The translations under genes were made by a program, and so were the position numbers. Positions 1 to 9,231 of a DNA stretch of 64,000 bases are shown piece by piece. How positions within the stretch are numbered: position 1 is the first letter of the stretch; each line of letters starts with the position of its first letter. A model generated the notes under the pieces. It was not told where the DNA came from, did no database searches, and saw only the letters and a program-made list of their open reading frames with translations. Source of the DNA: Escherichia phage naswa; the sequence record MN850595.1, one strand, 5' to 3'.

Positions 1-230
1 CACATACCCCACAAGTGATCTGTGATATCTCTGATGAAATATCCCTCGCCGAGGTTTGTATTCACACTGTAAGCTGATTCGTGATCTCCGCAAATATAAC
101 GGAAGGCAGTGTACTCTTTACCTGGTGTGAAGTGAGTATCCATTAGTATGGCTGTTAAAGAATAAGGGTCTCGAAAGCCCAAGAACTTTAGTTTAACAAT
201 TTCGACATTTACATCTGCAAGATTATCCAT
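1..230 (-). CDS. hypothetical protein, partial (C-terminus beyond window start)
   Basis: Minus-strand ORF with ATG at 228-230 and GGAGA-like SD upstream; >=76 codons open to window edge; absent from track because no stop in window. Confidence 0.4.
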   Translation of the reverse strand, partial: MDNLADVNVEIVKLKFLGFRDPYSLTAILMDTHFTPGKEYTAFRYICGDHESAYSVNTNLGEGYFIRDITDHLWGM

Positions 231-391
231 GACGATCTCCTCTGTTTGGTTGGTGAGAATTATATATAGATCTGGTGGTGGCGTCAAGCTTAATTTTAAG
301 AGATCTGAGAGGGTATTTTATTCAGGAAGGCAATCGCACAGGGTGGAGAAATTTATGAAGGCACAGGCCTCGTTTGAGGCCTTAAATTCTA

Positions 392-772
392 TTATGACAC
401 TTTGACATAGCGCTCTGACAAAGCTGGGAAGCCAAAAGTAGTGCCTATACTACCATAGGCTATCCACCATTGGAGTTCATCGTGACACCATTTTCCGATC
501 AGGAAGGTGCTGGGATAGCGGGTCAGTATTTTGGCATAAGCTTTAGGATCTGCATCTTCTGGGATAATGATGCTTGGAATATCTTTGTTATGACCACAGC
601 AGCAGTTTAGCGTTTTCAAACCTGCTGCCCACAAACTCATGATAGGCTTAGCCATACACTTATCAAGGCACACACGTTTTTTGCCGTCACGAAGATTTTT
701 AGGCACATCAACGATAACACTTGGATGCTTGGCACCTTTTACTTTCCAATTATAGGATTTACACTTGCACAT
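392..772 (-). CDS. hypothetical Cys-rich protein
   Basis: Track ORF 126 aa; several Cys clusters (CKCK, CCCGHNKD); co-oriented with neighbours. Confidence 0.45.
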   Translation of the reverse strand: MCKCKSYNWKVKGAKHPSVIVDVPKNLRDGKKRVCLDKCMAKPIMSLWAAGLKTLNCCCGHNKDIPSIIIPEDADPKAYAKILTRYPSTFLIGKWCHDELQWWIAYGSIGTTFGFPALSERYVKVS

Positions 773-998
773 TTAATCAGTCTCCGTCTAGAAAGCCGCA
801 CTATACGTTTTTGAGGTATACTTTACTTAAAGTCTTTATCACCTGCCACGATTGCATGAATCCACTCATTGTGATGCTCAATAGCGGTGAGATGTAACAT
901 GATGTAGTGATCGTCATTGCCAAACATGATATGATAGGCTTTGGCAGCATTTTGATATAACTTCCACATCAGGTAATGATATCTTCGCCTCATGGCTC

Positions 999-1469
999 TT
1001 ACTCCGGTTCAGGATCTGGGTAATCTTCAATAATAAAGGGCCATCCGTTCCGCTTAGCCTCAGACTTATACTCAATCTCCTTCATTGCAAACTCTAACTG
1101 ATTCTTAGCCGGAATACATGCCGGAGAATCATCAATCCAGATATCTGGGTAGATATCAAACTGCGCCAGGTAGGCTGCCTTCTGAACACCACCTGTGTAG
1201 AACACACCAACATCGAGCTCCTTGCGCCAATACTCAATGTCTACATTGTCTTGAGTAATGAATCGGAAAGTCACAAGGTAGACTGTCCACCCCTCCTTCT
1301 TCAGATCCCTGATCAGGCGGGAGAAGATGAAAGGGCTCGCATTAAACGTTCCATCAAAGTCGATGGCAATGATGTGCGTGCCGTGGCGAGTCTCATATGG
1401 ATTGCTCGTGGTAAGATTGCTGTAATTAAAAGGGACTTCTTCCCCGCAGTAGCTGTAGTCCATATTCAC
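999..1469 (-). CDS. HAD-superfamily phosphatase (possible nucleotidase / polynucleotide phosphatase)
   Basis: DxDGT motif 'IAIDFDGTF' plus downstream 'WIDDSP' acidic motif typical of HAD fold. Confidence 0.55.
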   Translation of the reverse strand: MNMDYSYCGEEVPFNYSNLTTSNPYETRHGTHIIAIDFDGTFNASPFIFSRLIRDLKKEGWTVYLVTFRFITQDNVDIEYWRKELDVGVFYTGGVQKAAYLAQFDIYPDIWIDDSPACIPAKNQLEFAMKEIEYKSEAKRNGWPFIIEDYPDPEPE

Positions 1470-1741
1470 ACCTTCTCGTTGATAAATTTACGGGCGGTTT
1501 GGTGAGTTGTTTCTGCTGTCTTCAGAATGATATTAATTTTATCGTCAAGATCATTCATCTCGGCAGTTAATTCAGGAATCTCTCCGGCATGCATGGTGAA
1601 ATCATACATAGACATGCCCAAGATCTCATTGATGCGGCGGTTGCATTCTGCAGCACGCTGGTTCATTTTCCAAGCTAACACCAAAGCCTCCTGCGTAGCC
1701 TCTAGTGCAAAATCTAATACGTCGGCCTCTTCTTTCGTCAT
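1466..1741 (-). CDS. hypothetical protein
   Basis: Track ORF 91 aa; start overlaps stop of upstream gene; co-directional. Confidence 0.45.
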   Translation of the reverse strand: MTKEEADVLDFALEATQEALVLAWKMNQRAAECNRRINEILGMSMYDFTMHAGEIPELTAEMNDLDDKINIILKTAETTHQTARKFINEKV

Positions 1742-1798
1742 CTTAGTCTCTCCTGTTGTATTGTTGGTAGGTGTATGAATACCTTATAACTCACCTTT

Positions 1799-2365
1799 TT
1801 ATTCAAACTGCAATAGTAAGTCCACCACCGCGCTAGGTCTGTCAACAAATTCCCCAGGTCCACATGCCCACAGAGGGTATCCGTCTACATACCGCCAAAT
1901 CCAACCTGCAGTGTGGAGTTCGAGCAGGGCAGTACCGTCCTTACTGTCAACCACTCTTTCCCACAGTGTCGGGCAGCGAAGCTTGAGGATCGGATCCCCT
2001 CCCTTATACCCATCCATGTAGATACCCATTGCAAAGTTCAGCATCATCTTTTTGTGCACTGATCTTTTACTGAGGGTACTCATCACTTCCTCTTTGTGAA
2101 TGTTTGTAAGCTTCTCCTTGGCTACCCGCAGATCGTTGCAACCATTGTTCAGCAGATCTTCCAGACACTTGATCCGAAGGTCGTGAATGTCTTTGTCGTG
2201 TACCGTTGGCACAGGGTCGTAGCGGTATAGCACTGTTGATACAAGGTTGCTCGGGTGTGGGTCTGACAGCAACCCATAACCCCAATACTCTTCTGTATCT
2301 GAAAGGACAAGACACCCAATGTCTCTGTCAAGCTTTCCTGTGTTGTAAGCCACATTGACCGCCAT
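1799..2365 (-). CDS. hypothetical protein
   Basis: Track ORF 188 aa; no motif recognised. Confidence 0.5.
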   Translation of the reverse strand: MAVNVAYNTGKLDRDIGCLVLSDTEEYWGYGLLSDPHPSNLVSTVLYRYDPVPTVHDKDIHDLRIKCLEDLLNNGCNDLRVAKEKLTNIHKEEVMSTLSKRSVHKKMMLNFAMGIYMDGYKGGDPILKLRCPTLWERVVDSKDGTALLELHTAGWIWRYVDGYPLWACGPGEFVDRPSAVVDLLLQFE

Positions 2366-2367
2366 GA

Positions 2368-2613
2368 CTATAGCTCCACTAGCAAAGTGCTTTCAAAGTG
2401 ACGTTCATGCAGACCGTTGTAAGGGACCACTTCCACAACGCCATCACGGACATATGGGGCCATCATGGTGGTATAATCTCCAAACGGGTTGGTATTGTCA
2501 CTAACCACAACCACCTTCTGCCCTTCCTTGGCAGAGTGCCAAATAGATCTGCACTTCATCAGGTGTTCGAGAGCCCCAGGTAAAATTTTGTTACGTTCTT
2601 TACGGGTCTTCAT
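2368..2613 (-). CDS. hypothetical protein
   Basis: Track ORF 81 aa; compact spacing with flanking genes. Confidence 0.45.
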   Translation of the reverse strand: MKTRKERNKILPGALEHLMKCRSIWHSAKEGQKVVVVSDNTNPFGDYTTMMAPYVRDGVVEVVPYNGLHERHFESTLLVEL

Positions 2614-3059
2614 AACAGGTATAGCTCCTTATGAAAGTGATCTTTTAATTTCTCACTGAGAAACTTCTTGATACCTTCCTCTAAAGTGTTTTCGATGTAG
2701 TCCAGCTTAACTGCTTCGATGGACATATCATAGATCGCCAGCTCTAAGCTGTCAAGTCCCATCATAGCATGAACCATAAGATTTTCATCTTCAGATACAT
2801 TCAGGGGACTTCCTATAACATCTGGAGGCAGAATAGTTTCCCAATTATTCTGGGTGGTAGTTCTCCCTCCCTCTACTTTACGGCGCAGTTCGAATGTGTT
2901 CTTAGTGTAGAACACTTCATAAGAAACGATACGACTGTCGCTCTCGTAATAAACGAAGTTCAGGTAGGAGCCTAGCCGCAGTCGGCAAACTTCTACCCCA
3001 AACCATTGTTTCTTATAAGAATTCAGGCTAATGCTGTCGCATTCACGTTTGCTCAACAC
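2610..3059 (-). CDS. hypothetical protein
   Basis: Track ORF 149 aa; ATGA-type overlap with downstream gene. Confidence 0.5.
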   Translation of the reverse strand: MLSKRECDSISLNSYKKQWFGVEVCRLRLGSYLNFVYYESDSRIVSYEVFYTKNTFELRRKVEGGRTTTQNNWETILPPDVIGSPLNVSEDENLMVHAMMGLDSLELAIYDMSIEAVKLDYIENTLEEGIKKFLSEKLKDHFHKELYLL

Positions 3060-3075
3060 GGCTCTCTCCTTTTTG

Positions 3076-3312
3076 TTAATCTTCGTAAATCAGGATTTCT
3101 GCTTTAGGTTTTCGTGCTTTCATGTCCAGCTCTATCCAGTGCACCATAGCTGTTTCAAGAAAAACAGCCTGGATGCATCCGTCCTCAGCAGCGTGTCCTA
3201 GCAGCATAACAAGATCTTCTCCTTCGTCATCTGCATCACGAACATACAGAATCTCCCCGGGTTCAAAATCTTTAACAACCTGATTGTTGGATAATTTACG
3301 AATTTTCGCCAT
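3076..3312 (-). CDS. small protein, tandem paralogue family (member 4)
   Basis: 78 aa; shares basic N-terminus, 'PGEIL' core and acidic tail with the three genes upstream. Confidence 0.5.
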   Translation of the reverse strand: MAKIRKLSNNQVVKDFEPGEILYVRDADDEGEDLVMLLGHAAEDGCIQAVFLETAMVHWIELDMKARKPKAEILIYED

Positions 3313-3313
3313 A

Positions 3314-3577
3314 TTAGAAACCCTCTAAAAAGCTCTTGTAGAAAATAATTTCAGTATCTACACCAGTCACGATCTTATCGTTCCTGATTTCATCTGTAAG
3401 GTAGGTGTCAAAACGCAGAACCTGTGTGGTGTTGTCACACATCCACTCAGCTGTGACCATTGCGAAAATCTTAGCATCTTCATTATCTGGTGTGAATGTT
3501 ACCACCTCACCGCACTTAAACTTTTCGATAGGCTGAGTGTTAGCTTTCGGTTCTGCGATAGTGATTTTTGTGGTCAT
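3314..3577 (-). CDS. small protein, tandem paralogue family (member 3)
   Basis: 87 aa; 'CGEVVTF' core; stop/start abuts neighbours. Confidence 0.5.
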   Translation of the reverse strand: MTTKITIAEPKANTQPIEKFKCGEVVTFTPDNEDAKIFAMVTAEWMCDNTTQVLRFDTYLTDEIRNDKIVTGVDTEIIFYKSFLEGF

Positions 3578-3840
3578 TATTCTCCTCCTTCTTTTGAATA
3601 GCTTGTCTCTCCAAGGATGGTAATTTTGGTGTCAAGCTCTGTAACTTTCATGTTTGGCGGCAGATCGTACAACTCATTATTTTCTAAATCGAACCCCCAC
3701 ACACAATGTTCTCCTGTTTTGACAATCATAACTATGTTTTGAATGCCGTCTCCGTCGCAACTTACCACGGTCCCACACGGAAAGCTGTCTGCACGCTTTT
3801 TGTTCTTCACCTTAGAATTGAATACAATGCTGGTAGCCAT
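3577..3840 (-). CDS. small protein, tandem paralogue family (member 2)
   Basis: 87 aa; starts MAT..., 'CGTVVS' core, 'ILGE' near C-terminus; overlapping stop/start. Confidence 0.55.
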   Translation of the reverse strand: MATSIVFNSKVKNKKRADSFPCGTVVSCDGDGIQNIVMIVKTGEHCVWGFDLENNELYDLPPNMKVTELDTKITILGETSYSKEGGE

Positions 3841-4103
3841 TATTGTTCCTCCACCATAACTTCGCCAATAATTTCTATGCAGGCATCCATTTCTGTAACA
3901 ACCAAACTGTGAGGTAGTTCTACAAACACCTTTCTGAACAGGTCAAATACCCCAACATATATGTTTGCAGGATGTGATTTTACAACAAGTGCTGTATTCA
4001 CATCCCCAAGTTCATCAACAAACATCACCACAGTGCCTGGAGCTACTGAGGACAGATACTTCTTAGTTTTACGGTTTGATGCAAATTTTAACTCTGTTGC
4101 CAT
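3840..4103 (-). CDS. small protein, tandem paralogue family (member 1)
   Basis: 87 aa; starts MAT..., 'PGTVVM' core, 'IIGE' near C-terminus. Confidence 0.55.
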   Translation of the reverse strand: MATELKFASNRKTKKYLSSVAPGTVVMFVDELGDVNTALVVKSHPANIYVGVFDLFRKVFVELPHSLVVTEMDACIEIIGEVMVEEQ

Positions 4104-4118
4104 AAATAACCTCCTCTC

Positions 4119-5600
4119 TTACTTAGCGTACTCGATTAATTCCACAGTTTTACCAAAGCTCGGGATATAATTTTTATTATACCCCTCAGTGAGGACCCAT
4201 AGAGTATCGTACTTTTTCCACTTGTTGTCAACAACCTTTTGTTCAAAGTTATGCTCAAAGTATAGGTCGGTCAGGACGATGACATCTTTTGCATTAGGTA
4301 TGTTGGCATCCAGATACTCGAACACGCAAGCAGCTGTTGTGCCCCATGTTGAGTGGACCTCATAGTTGATCATCTCGTCTATGTTGCCGCGAGTGTATAC
4401 TTTAACCTCTCCAACCTCAGTTGACCAACAGAACATTGTAACCTTAAACTCTTTATACAGATTGCACAATCCGGTGATTTCATTGAACATTTTCTTTAAA
4501 GTTCTTTGAGAGATCGAGCCAGAAACGTCTAAAGCCACCACAATATCTATAGTGTTTTCCGGATTACGACCAGGAACAATAACGTGCTGGTTCTTGTTTA
4601 TAGCCCCAACTTTTCGCATTGTGCTGGTCAAAGACCCAGATCGGCGACCAGGTTTTCTGTAGGTCAGTTCGGCCTTTCTTTTAGACAACATACGTTGCTT
4701 AATGATGTCTATATAGTTGATTACAGGCTTACCTCTGTTCTTGACAAACTCACGCACCGCCTCAGGGCAACGGCCTCCGGACGCTTGCATTGCTGCCTCC
4801 AGCATATCACCAGAGTCCTGCATGGCCTGATCTTTATCAGATTGGCTGATTACAGGTTGTGGCTGATCATACCCCATAGCCTTTCCAAGATTATCACTGG
4901 TGCCACCGTTCCCACTCATGTGATCATCGGTTTGTCGCTTATCACTTTGAGAGTTCTCACCTTTACCGTTCTTACTTTTACCGTTATTCTGATCTCTTTG
5001 CTTATCAAGAACTGCATAAACGTTCTCAGCAATCCATCCATGAAACTTCATGTCGCAGTAGCAGCTGGCTAAGAAGCCAAAAGGCTTACCTTTCATGAAC
5101 GTAGTGCTTTTCCCCTTCGGGAAGAAAACACAAGGGGGTTTGCTAAAGTCAACCACAAGGCCTGTGTTGATAACGTGATCACAAGCAATATTGAACAGTT
5201 CCGGCTCAAAGCTTTTACCACGGACTAGGTGATCACAGATAATATGCCCCACCTCATGTGACAGAAGGAAGGCCACCTCTTTCACAGATTTTGGGGAATA
5301 GAAAACTTCAGCCATCTCAAACTGCTCGTCAGTTAGAGAAGCCTTAAGAATAGCCTTGCGCTCATCAGCCAATCCCATAATGAACTCAGGACTGTAATAG
5401 ATGCGTTTATGGTCGGTTGCCATGGTGGAGCACCATGTGTGGTTTTCTACGAACTGCAACCCTGACAGTAGTGTGCCATAAAACGGCAGCTTTTCAAGGA
5501 GATACATACGTGCAGCCTGCAACATTCTCAGGGCATCATCTTTCTGCGAGGCAATGATTTCTGAACTTCTGCTATCCATTAAAACTCCAGAAGGGGCCAT
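4119..5600 (-). CDS. metallopeptidase-like (HExxH) / VWA-domain protein
   Basis: 493 aa; 'HEVGH' zinc-peptidase motif in N-terminal half; 'VALDVSGSIS' (DxSxS MIDAS-like) in C-terminal half; Gly/Ser/Asp-rich linker. Confidence 0.65.
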   Translation of the reverse strand: MAPSGVLMDSRSSEIIASQKDDALRMLQAARMYLLEKLPFYGTLLSGLQFVENHTWCSTMATDHKRIYYSPEFIMGLADERKAILKASLTDEQFEMAEVFYSPKSVKEVAFLLSHEVGHIICDHLVRGKSFEPELFNIACDHVINTGLVVDFSKPPCVFFPKGKSTTFMKGKPFGFLASCYCDMKFHGWIAENVYAVLDKQRDQNNGKSKNGKGENSQSDKRQTDDHMSGNGGTSDNLGKAMGYDQPQPVISQSDKDQAMQDSGDMLEAAMQASGGRCPEAVREFVKNRGKPVINYIDIIKQRMLSKRKAELTYRKPGRRSGSLTSTMRKVGAINKNQHVIVPGRNPENTIDIVVALDVSGSISQRTLKKMFNEITGLCNLYKEFKVTMFCWSTEVGEVKVYTRGNIDEMINYEVHSTWGTTAACVFEYLDANIPNAKDVIVLTDLYFEHNFEQKVVDNKWKKYDTLWVLTEGYNKNYIPSFGKTVELIEYAK

Positions 5601-5612
5601 CGGCCCCTGTCA

Positions 5613-6656
5613 TTATTTAACGTGTTTGAAAATACCTGCCAACTCGGTCATTGTCATGCGGGTGGTCTTCATAAGATCTGTCATAGCTTTCTCCATAATT
5701 GGAGATACTACCATAAAGTTTCCTTTAGTGAAACCTTTATTCCAGTCGGTCACCAACAGGGGTTTAAGTCCAGCTCCAAGACGTTCACCAGTTAAAGCAC
5801 AGCATTTGCGAATATACGAACTCTTAAATTGGCTGAACGACAGATCAACTTTCATACCTACATCGTAGAACGTTTGACAATAGAAAGTGTAAGCTTTGGC
5901 AATCTCAACATCATCAGGTAGTGCAGGAACCTCTTCTGTAAGCTCCTCTTCGACCTCCTGAGTCTCTTTTTCCTCTTCATGCACCTGTTGCGTCATTTCT
6001 TCAATCTCTTCTGTGATAGGCTCGTTTACAATGTCGGAAATGTGCTTCTTGGGTGCACGATAAGTAACTTTAGACATCGGTAGCATATCTTCCTCCTCTT
6101 CTTCGTCAAAGAGTGCTAGTTTATCCTCTTCCGTTCCATATTGCAAGATGAAATCTTCAAAAGTATAATCACCTTTCAATTTCTCCATACGCTCTTCGCT
6201 CAGGTGGAGCATCATCTGCTGGACAATTTTTCGATCAGTTTCGTCTTTAATCAAGACTGCAGTCTTTTTATCTACCAGACAGTCCTTTAGAGAGTTGCAT
6301 CTCAATCCCACCACACAACAGTTATCAACCGCATAAGGACCTTCATCATCTATCCGCTCCAGAGATGGGTAGAAAGGATTCCCCAGCCCGTTTTCATCTG
6401 TGTGCATGTCAAAAGGTATAAGGGTATAGTCGCATACTCCATCTCCTAAAAGTTTTTTACCAAATAGGAGGTATTCTTCCCATGACAGGTCGAACTCTAT
6501 ATCTCGTTTCCGTGCGTTATTCTGTTTGCGTCTATATTTTTTGAGCAAGCGCTCTAACTCTTCTGGTGTATAATATTTTTCAAGATTCATGAGTCGTCTC
6601 TCGTGCTCTGTAAGTGAAGAAATCGTATCAATTGTCTCAACAGATGTCAACATCAA
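5613..6656 (-). CDS. hypothetical acidic protein (possible fusion of two modules)
   Basis: 347 aa; Glu-rich central region; in-frame internal ATG at 6077 preceded by GAGGAGG, encoding 'MSKVTYRA' shared with the plus-strand gene at 7921. Confidence 0.5.
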   Translation of the reverse strand: MMLTSVETIDTISSLTEHERRLMNLEKYYTPEELERLLKKYRRKQNNARKRDIEFDLSWEEYLLFGKKLLGDGVCDYTLIPFDMHTDENGLGNPFYPSLERIDDEGPYAVDNCCVVGLRCNSLKDCLVDKKTAVLIKDETDRKIVQQMMLHLSEERMEKLKGDYTFEDFILQYGTEEDKLALFDEEEEEDMLPMSKVTYRAPKKHISDIVNEPITEEIEEMTQQVHEEEKETQEVEEELTEEVPALPDDVEIAKAYTFYCQTFYDVGMKVDLSFSQFKSSYIRKCCALTGERLGAGLKPLLVTDWNKGFTKGNFMVVSPIMEKAMTDLMKTTRMTMTELAGIFKHVK

Positions 6657-6663
6657 AAACGTG

Positions 6664-6692
6664 TTGACTTTACTCTAACTCCACAATATAGT
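6664..6692 (+). promoter_or_regulatory. sigma70-like promoter (TTGACT-N17-TATAGT)
   Basis: Hexamers read directly in the divergent intergenic region upstream of 6733. Confidence 0.45.
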
Positions 6693-6732
6693 GCACCCAT
6701 TCGAAAGAAAACTAACATAGGAGCACTTACTT

Positions 6733-7632
6733 ATGGCAAATCTTAACAGTTTTAGTACGCGGTGGAAACAGGACATAACAACCAATCTTTCAGCTGGGGA
6801 CATCCTTTCTGCAATTTACGAGGCTTTAGATGATAAAGCTACTTCAAAAGCGGTTTGTACCAACCCATTAATTCCTATAGTGATGAAGGTTATTGAGCGT
6901 AGATTGGTATCTGGGTCTGATAAGTGGACATATTTAGATAATGAAGGACACACCTATTCCAATGGGTATGTCGATATAAAAGTAGAATACGCGGTATCAT
7001 ACCGCCGGAGCGGTTCTGTAACTTTCAACTTCTCTGGAGGTTTTCGATCTCTGGCTACCTCACCTTTTGTTTCCTCAGAGGAGAAGTATGAGCTGCCATT
7101 TCTTTGGATGATGGCTAACGCGACAGGAAAAACCCCCGTTAGCATCCGAGTAAAATACAACTACAACGGATCTAGTAAGATCTATGCCGAAAGTGTCTCA
7201 GCAAGTTTTTATTTTGTGATGGGGGATGGAATCCTCAAACATATAAAGATGTGCGATATGCATGATGTTATAAATGAAGTGACTGATAAGAATGTTCTAG
7301 TGAAAGACCTCAACAATTTTTATACACCTGGAGACTATTACGTCAGCCGTCCACTGTGCATCTTTAATGCCGCACACCCTCTAGGTGAGTATTTGATCGC
7401 CAATAGCGATATTGCCAATAACCGCTTCGAGGTAGCAAGAGTTCAGAATGAGGTATTGACATCTTGCAAGAGCGGTGATAAGTTTACCGAAGAAGAGATG
7501 GGTGTTTTAGAAATGATGGGATATAAGTGTAGCCTTTGGGTAGATGAGGTGTTTAATGATTGCATCTATGGACAGGATATTTACCCATTAAAGAAGTATA
7601 CTGATACAAGTTTAATTTATGCGAGGGTTTGA
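6733..7632 (+). CDS. hypothetical protein
   Basis: Track ORF 299 aa; first gene of plus-strand arm. Confidence 0.5.
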   Translation: MANLNSFSTRWKQDITTNLSAGDILSAIYEALDDKATSKAVCTNPLIPIVMKVIERRLVSGSDKWTYLDNEGHTYSNGYVDIKVEYAVSYRRSGSVTFNFSGGFRSLATSPFVSSEEKYELPFLWMMANATGKTPVSIRVKYNYNGSSKIYAESVSASFYFVMGDGILKHIKMCDMHDVINEVTDKNVLVKDLNNFYTPGDYYVSRPLCIFNAAHPLGEYLIANSDIANNRFEVARVQNEVLTSCKSGDKFTEEEMGVLEMMGYKCSLWVDEVFNDCIYGQDIYPLKKYTDTSLIYARV

Positions 7633-7907
7633 CTATGATGAAGGCATGTGGTAATGTATATTACGTCGGTGAACATGTTCAGGCAGACAGTGTGTGGAAA
7701 TCTATTAAGTCCACCACTGACGATGCCTTTCTGAGTGGACTATGTTTCCCCAATCCGGGAGACATCCTCCCTCATCCTGGAGATTTTGTTGTCAACAAGA
7801 TGGACGGTTATACCGTGTGCCTGATGGTTGAAAAAATCTTTTTAGACACTAGACACAATCACCGTCTTGTGTTAAAATTTCAAGAATGTAAAATGACAAT
7901 TGCCTAA
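7629..7907 (+). CDS. hypothetical protein
   Basis: Track ORF 92 aa; ATGA overlap with upstream gene. Confidence 0.45.
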   Translation: MTMMKACGNVYYVGEHVQADSVWKSIKSTTDDAFLSGLCFPNPGDILPHPGDFVVNKMDGYTVCLMVEKIFLDTRHNHRLVLKFQECKMTIA

Positions 7908-7920
7908 GGAGACCTTACCG

Positions 7921-8277
7921 ATGTCTAAAGTTACTTATCGTGCAGCTATTTACTGCAATGAACACCCAATCAATAATGATGGTCACTGCCTTTTTAAAGA
8001 AAATCAATTGGGCTGTATTGTCCTCCCTGATGAAGGGGAAGGTTATCTGATTGCATTGACAGGGTTTGAACCTGAGGCTCTGGAAGCCAATCTGGACTAC
8101 CTGGTAGAAGAGGGTGCTGCAGACCTGGTTGCCAATGGCCTCTCCATAAGCCTTGACGAAGTAGAGCGCTTCATGGGCAATTACCGTGTAGTGCGTGAGT
8201 TTACTATCGAGGTGGAAACTCCCGAGTGGAGTAGCCATGAAACTAATGCCGAAGAAAAAGAAGAGGAGGTAGAATAA
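7921..8277 (+). CDS. hypothetical acidic protein
   Basis: Start moved to ATG 7921 (AAGGAG 8 nt upstream); N-terminus 'MSKVTYRA' repeated inside 5613..6656; Glu-rich C-terminus. Confidence 0.5.
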   Translation: MSKVTYRAAIYCNEHPINNDGHCLFKENQLGCIVLPDEGEGYLIALTGFEPEALEANLDYLVEEGAADLVANGLSISLDEVERFMGNYRVVREFTIEVETPEWSSHETNAEEKEEEVE

Positions 8278-8534
8278 TGAAAGTGCAGATCTTGACTAAT
8301 GCCGAGAAGATGTTTATTGAAGATACACCTTTTGAAGCTGGTGAGCTACAGTTCGTTTATTTTGTTGACTTAGATAAGGTGTTTCCTGCACTGAATCTAG
8401 GTTTGGATGAAGTTCCTCATAAGGTTTTGTGCCAAGTTGTTCGTGCCTTAGCGGCAGAGGGGGAGTTCCACACCCTTCAAGATGTCCAGACCTACGGGTA
8501 TCTTGAACTACAACGAGAAGAAGAGGTGGACTGA
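8277..8534 (+). CDS. hypothetical protein
   Basis: Track ORF 85 aa; ATGA overlap. Confidence 0.45.
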   Translation: MKVQILTNAEKMFIEDTPFEAGELQFVYFVDLDKVFPALNLGLDEVPHKVLCQVVRALAAEGEFHTLQDVQTYGYLELQREEEVD

Positions 8535-8536
8535 TA

Positions 8537-8917
8537 ATGGCTCAGTGGAAGACGACAGTTGACCTTCATGATCAGTGGTTAGGACGCATCACTGAAGACG
8601 GGAAGCTAGTGGAGTGGGACAATAAGCATGTTAGCGAGTTGGCAAGTATTGTGGCTGGCAAGTTACGCTCCAAGTTCCCTGAACAACTGGATCCTGATAG
8701 TTCAAAGTTCGATCCTGAGTTGGAGGATGTTGTATACTACTTCGATACCGTGGATGACTACGATGCGTGGTTTGCAGCACGGGAGCTTTACCCACAAGGC
8801 TCTGCTATGCGCCGGATGGAAGAAGATTATCCTCCGTGTGAGCAATTCAATAGTGCAATGACTTGCCTCTATGATTGGGCAGATAAGAACCTTGTCTGGA
8901 TTCGGACTGCATTTTAG
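8537..8917 (+). CDS. hypothetical protein
   Basis: Track ORF 126 aa. Confidence 0.5.
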   Translation: MAQWKTTVDLHDQWLGRITEDGKLVEWDNKHVSELASIVAGKLRSKFPEQLDPDSSKFDPELEDVVYYFDTVDDYDAWFAARELYPQGSAMRRMEEDYPPCEQFNSAMTCLYDWADKNLVWIRTAF

Positions 8918-8961
8918 TGGGCAGGAATGGCGGCAAGGATGCCGCTTAAGGAGTAGTAGAG

Positions 8962-9231
8962 ATGTTATACCAGCAATATGAACTTCGTGCAGAAAAAGAG
9001 TTAAATTTTGACAAAGATATTCACAGATATTATTATGGGAAAGTTAGAGGGCAAGCAAGAAAGTGTACTCCAACACTCTTTTATGCCAGCAGACGACTAG
9101 CGCCAGAAGAGGCAACAGCAGAAAGGGTTGCGTACAACTGGAGAGTCACGTATGATATTGACAGATTCGATGTGATATCTGTTTTGGAAAACTTTGAAAA
9201 CACTTACACACAAGTAGAGGACTTTTACTAA
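8962..9231 (+). CDS. hypothetical protein
   Basis: Track ORF 89 aa; stop overlaps start of the ATPase gene. Confidence 0.45.
   Translation: MLYQQYELRAEKELNFDKDIHRYYYGKVRGQARKCTPTLFYASRRLAPEEATAERVAYNWRVTYDIDRFDVISVLENFENTYTQVEDFY

Noticed and set aside
4584-5072. Opposite-strand track ORFs nested inside long genes (for example 4584..5072, 19871..20566, 23727..24092, 12120..12446)
   Set aside because: They lie antisense within well-supported genes (VWA protein, primase-helicase, polymerase, rIIA-like), lack SD sequences and have biased low-complexity translations.
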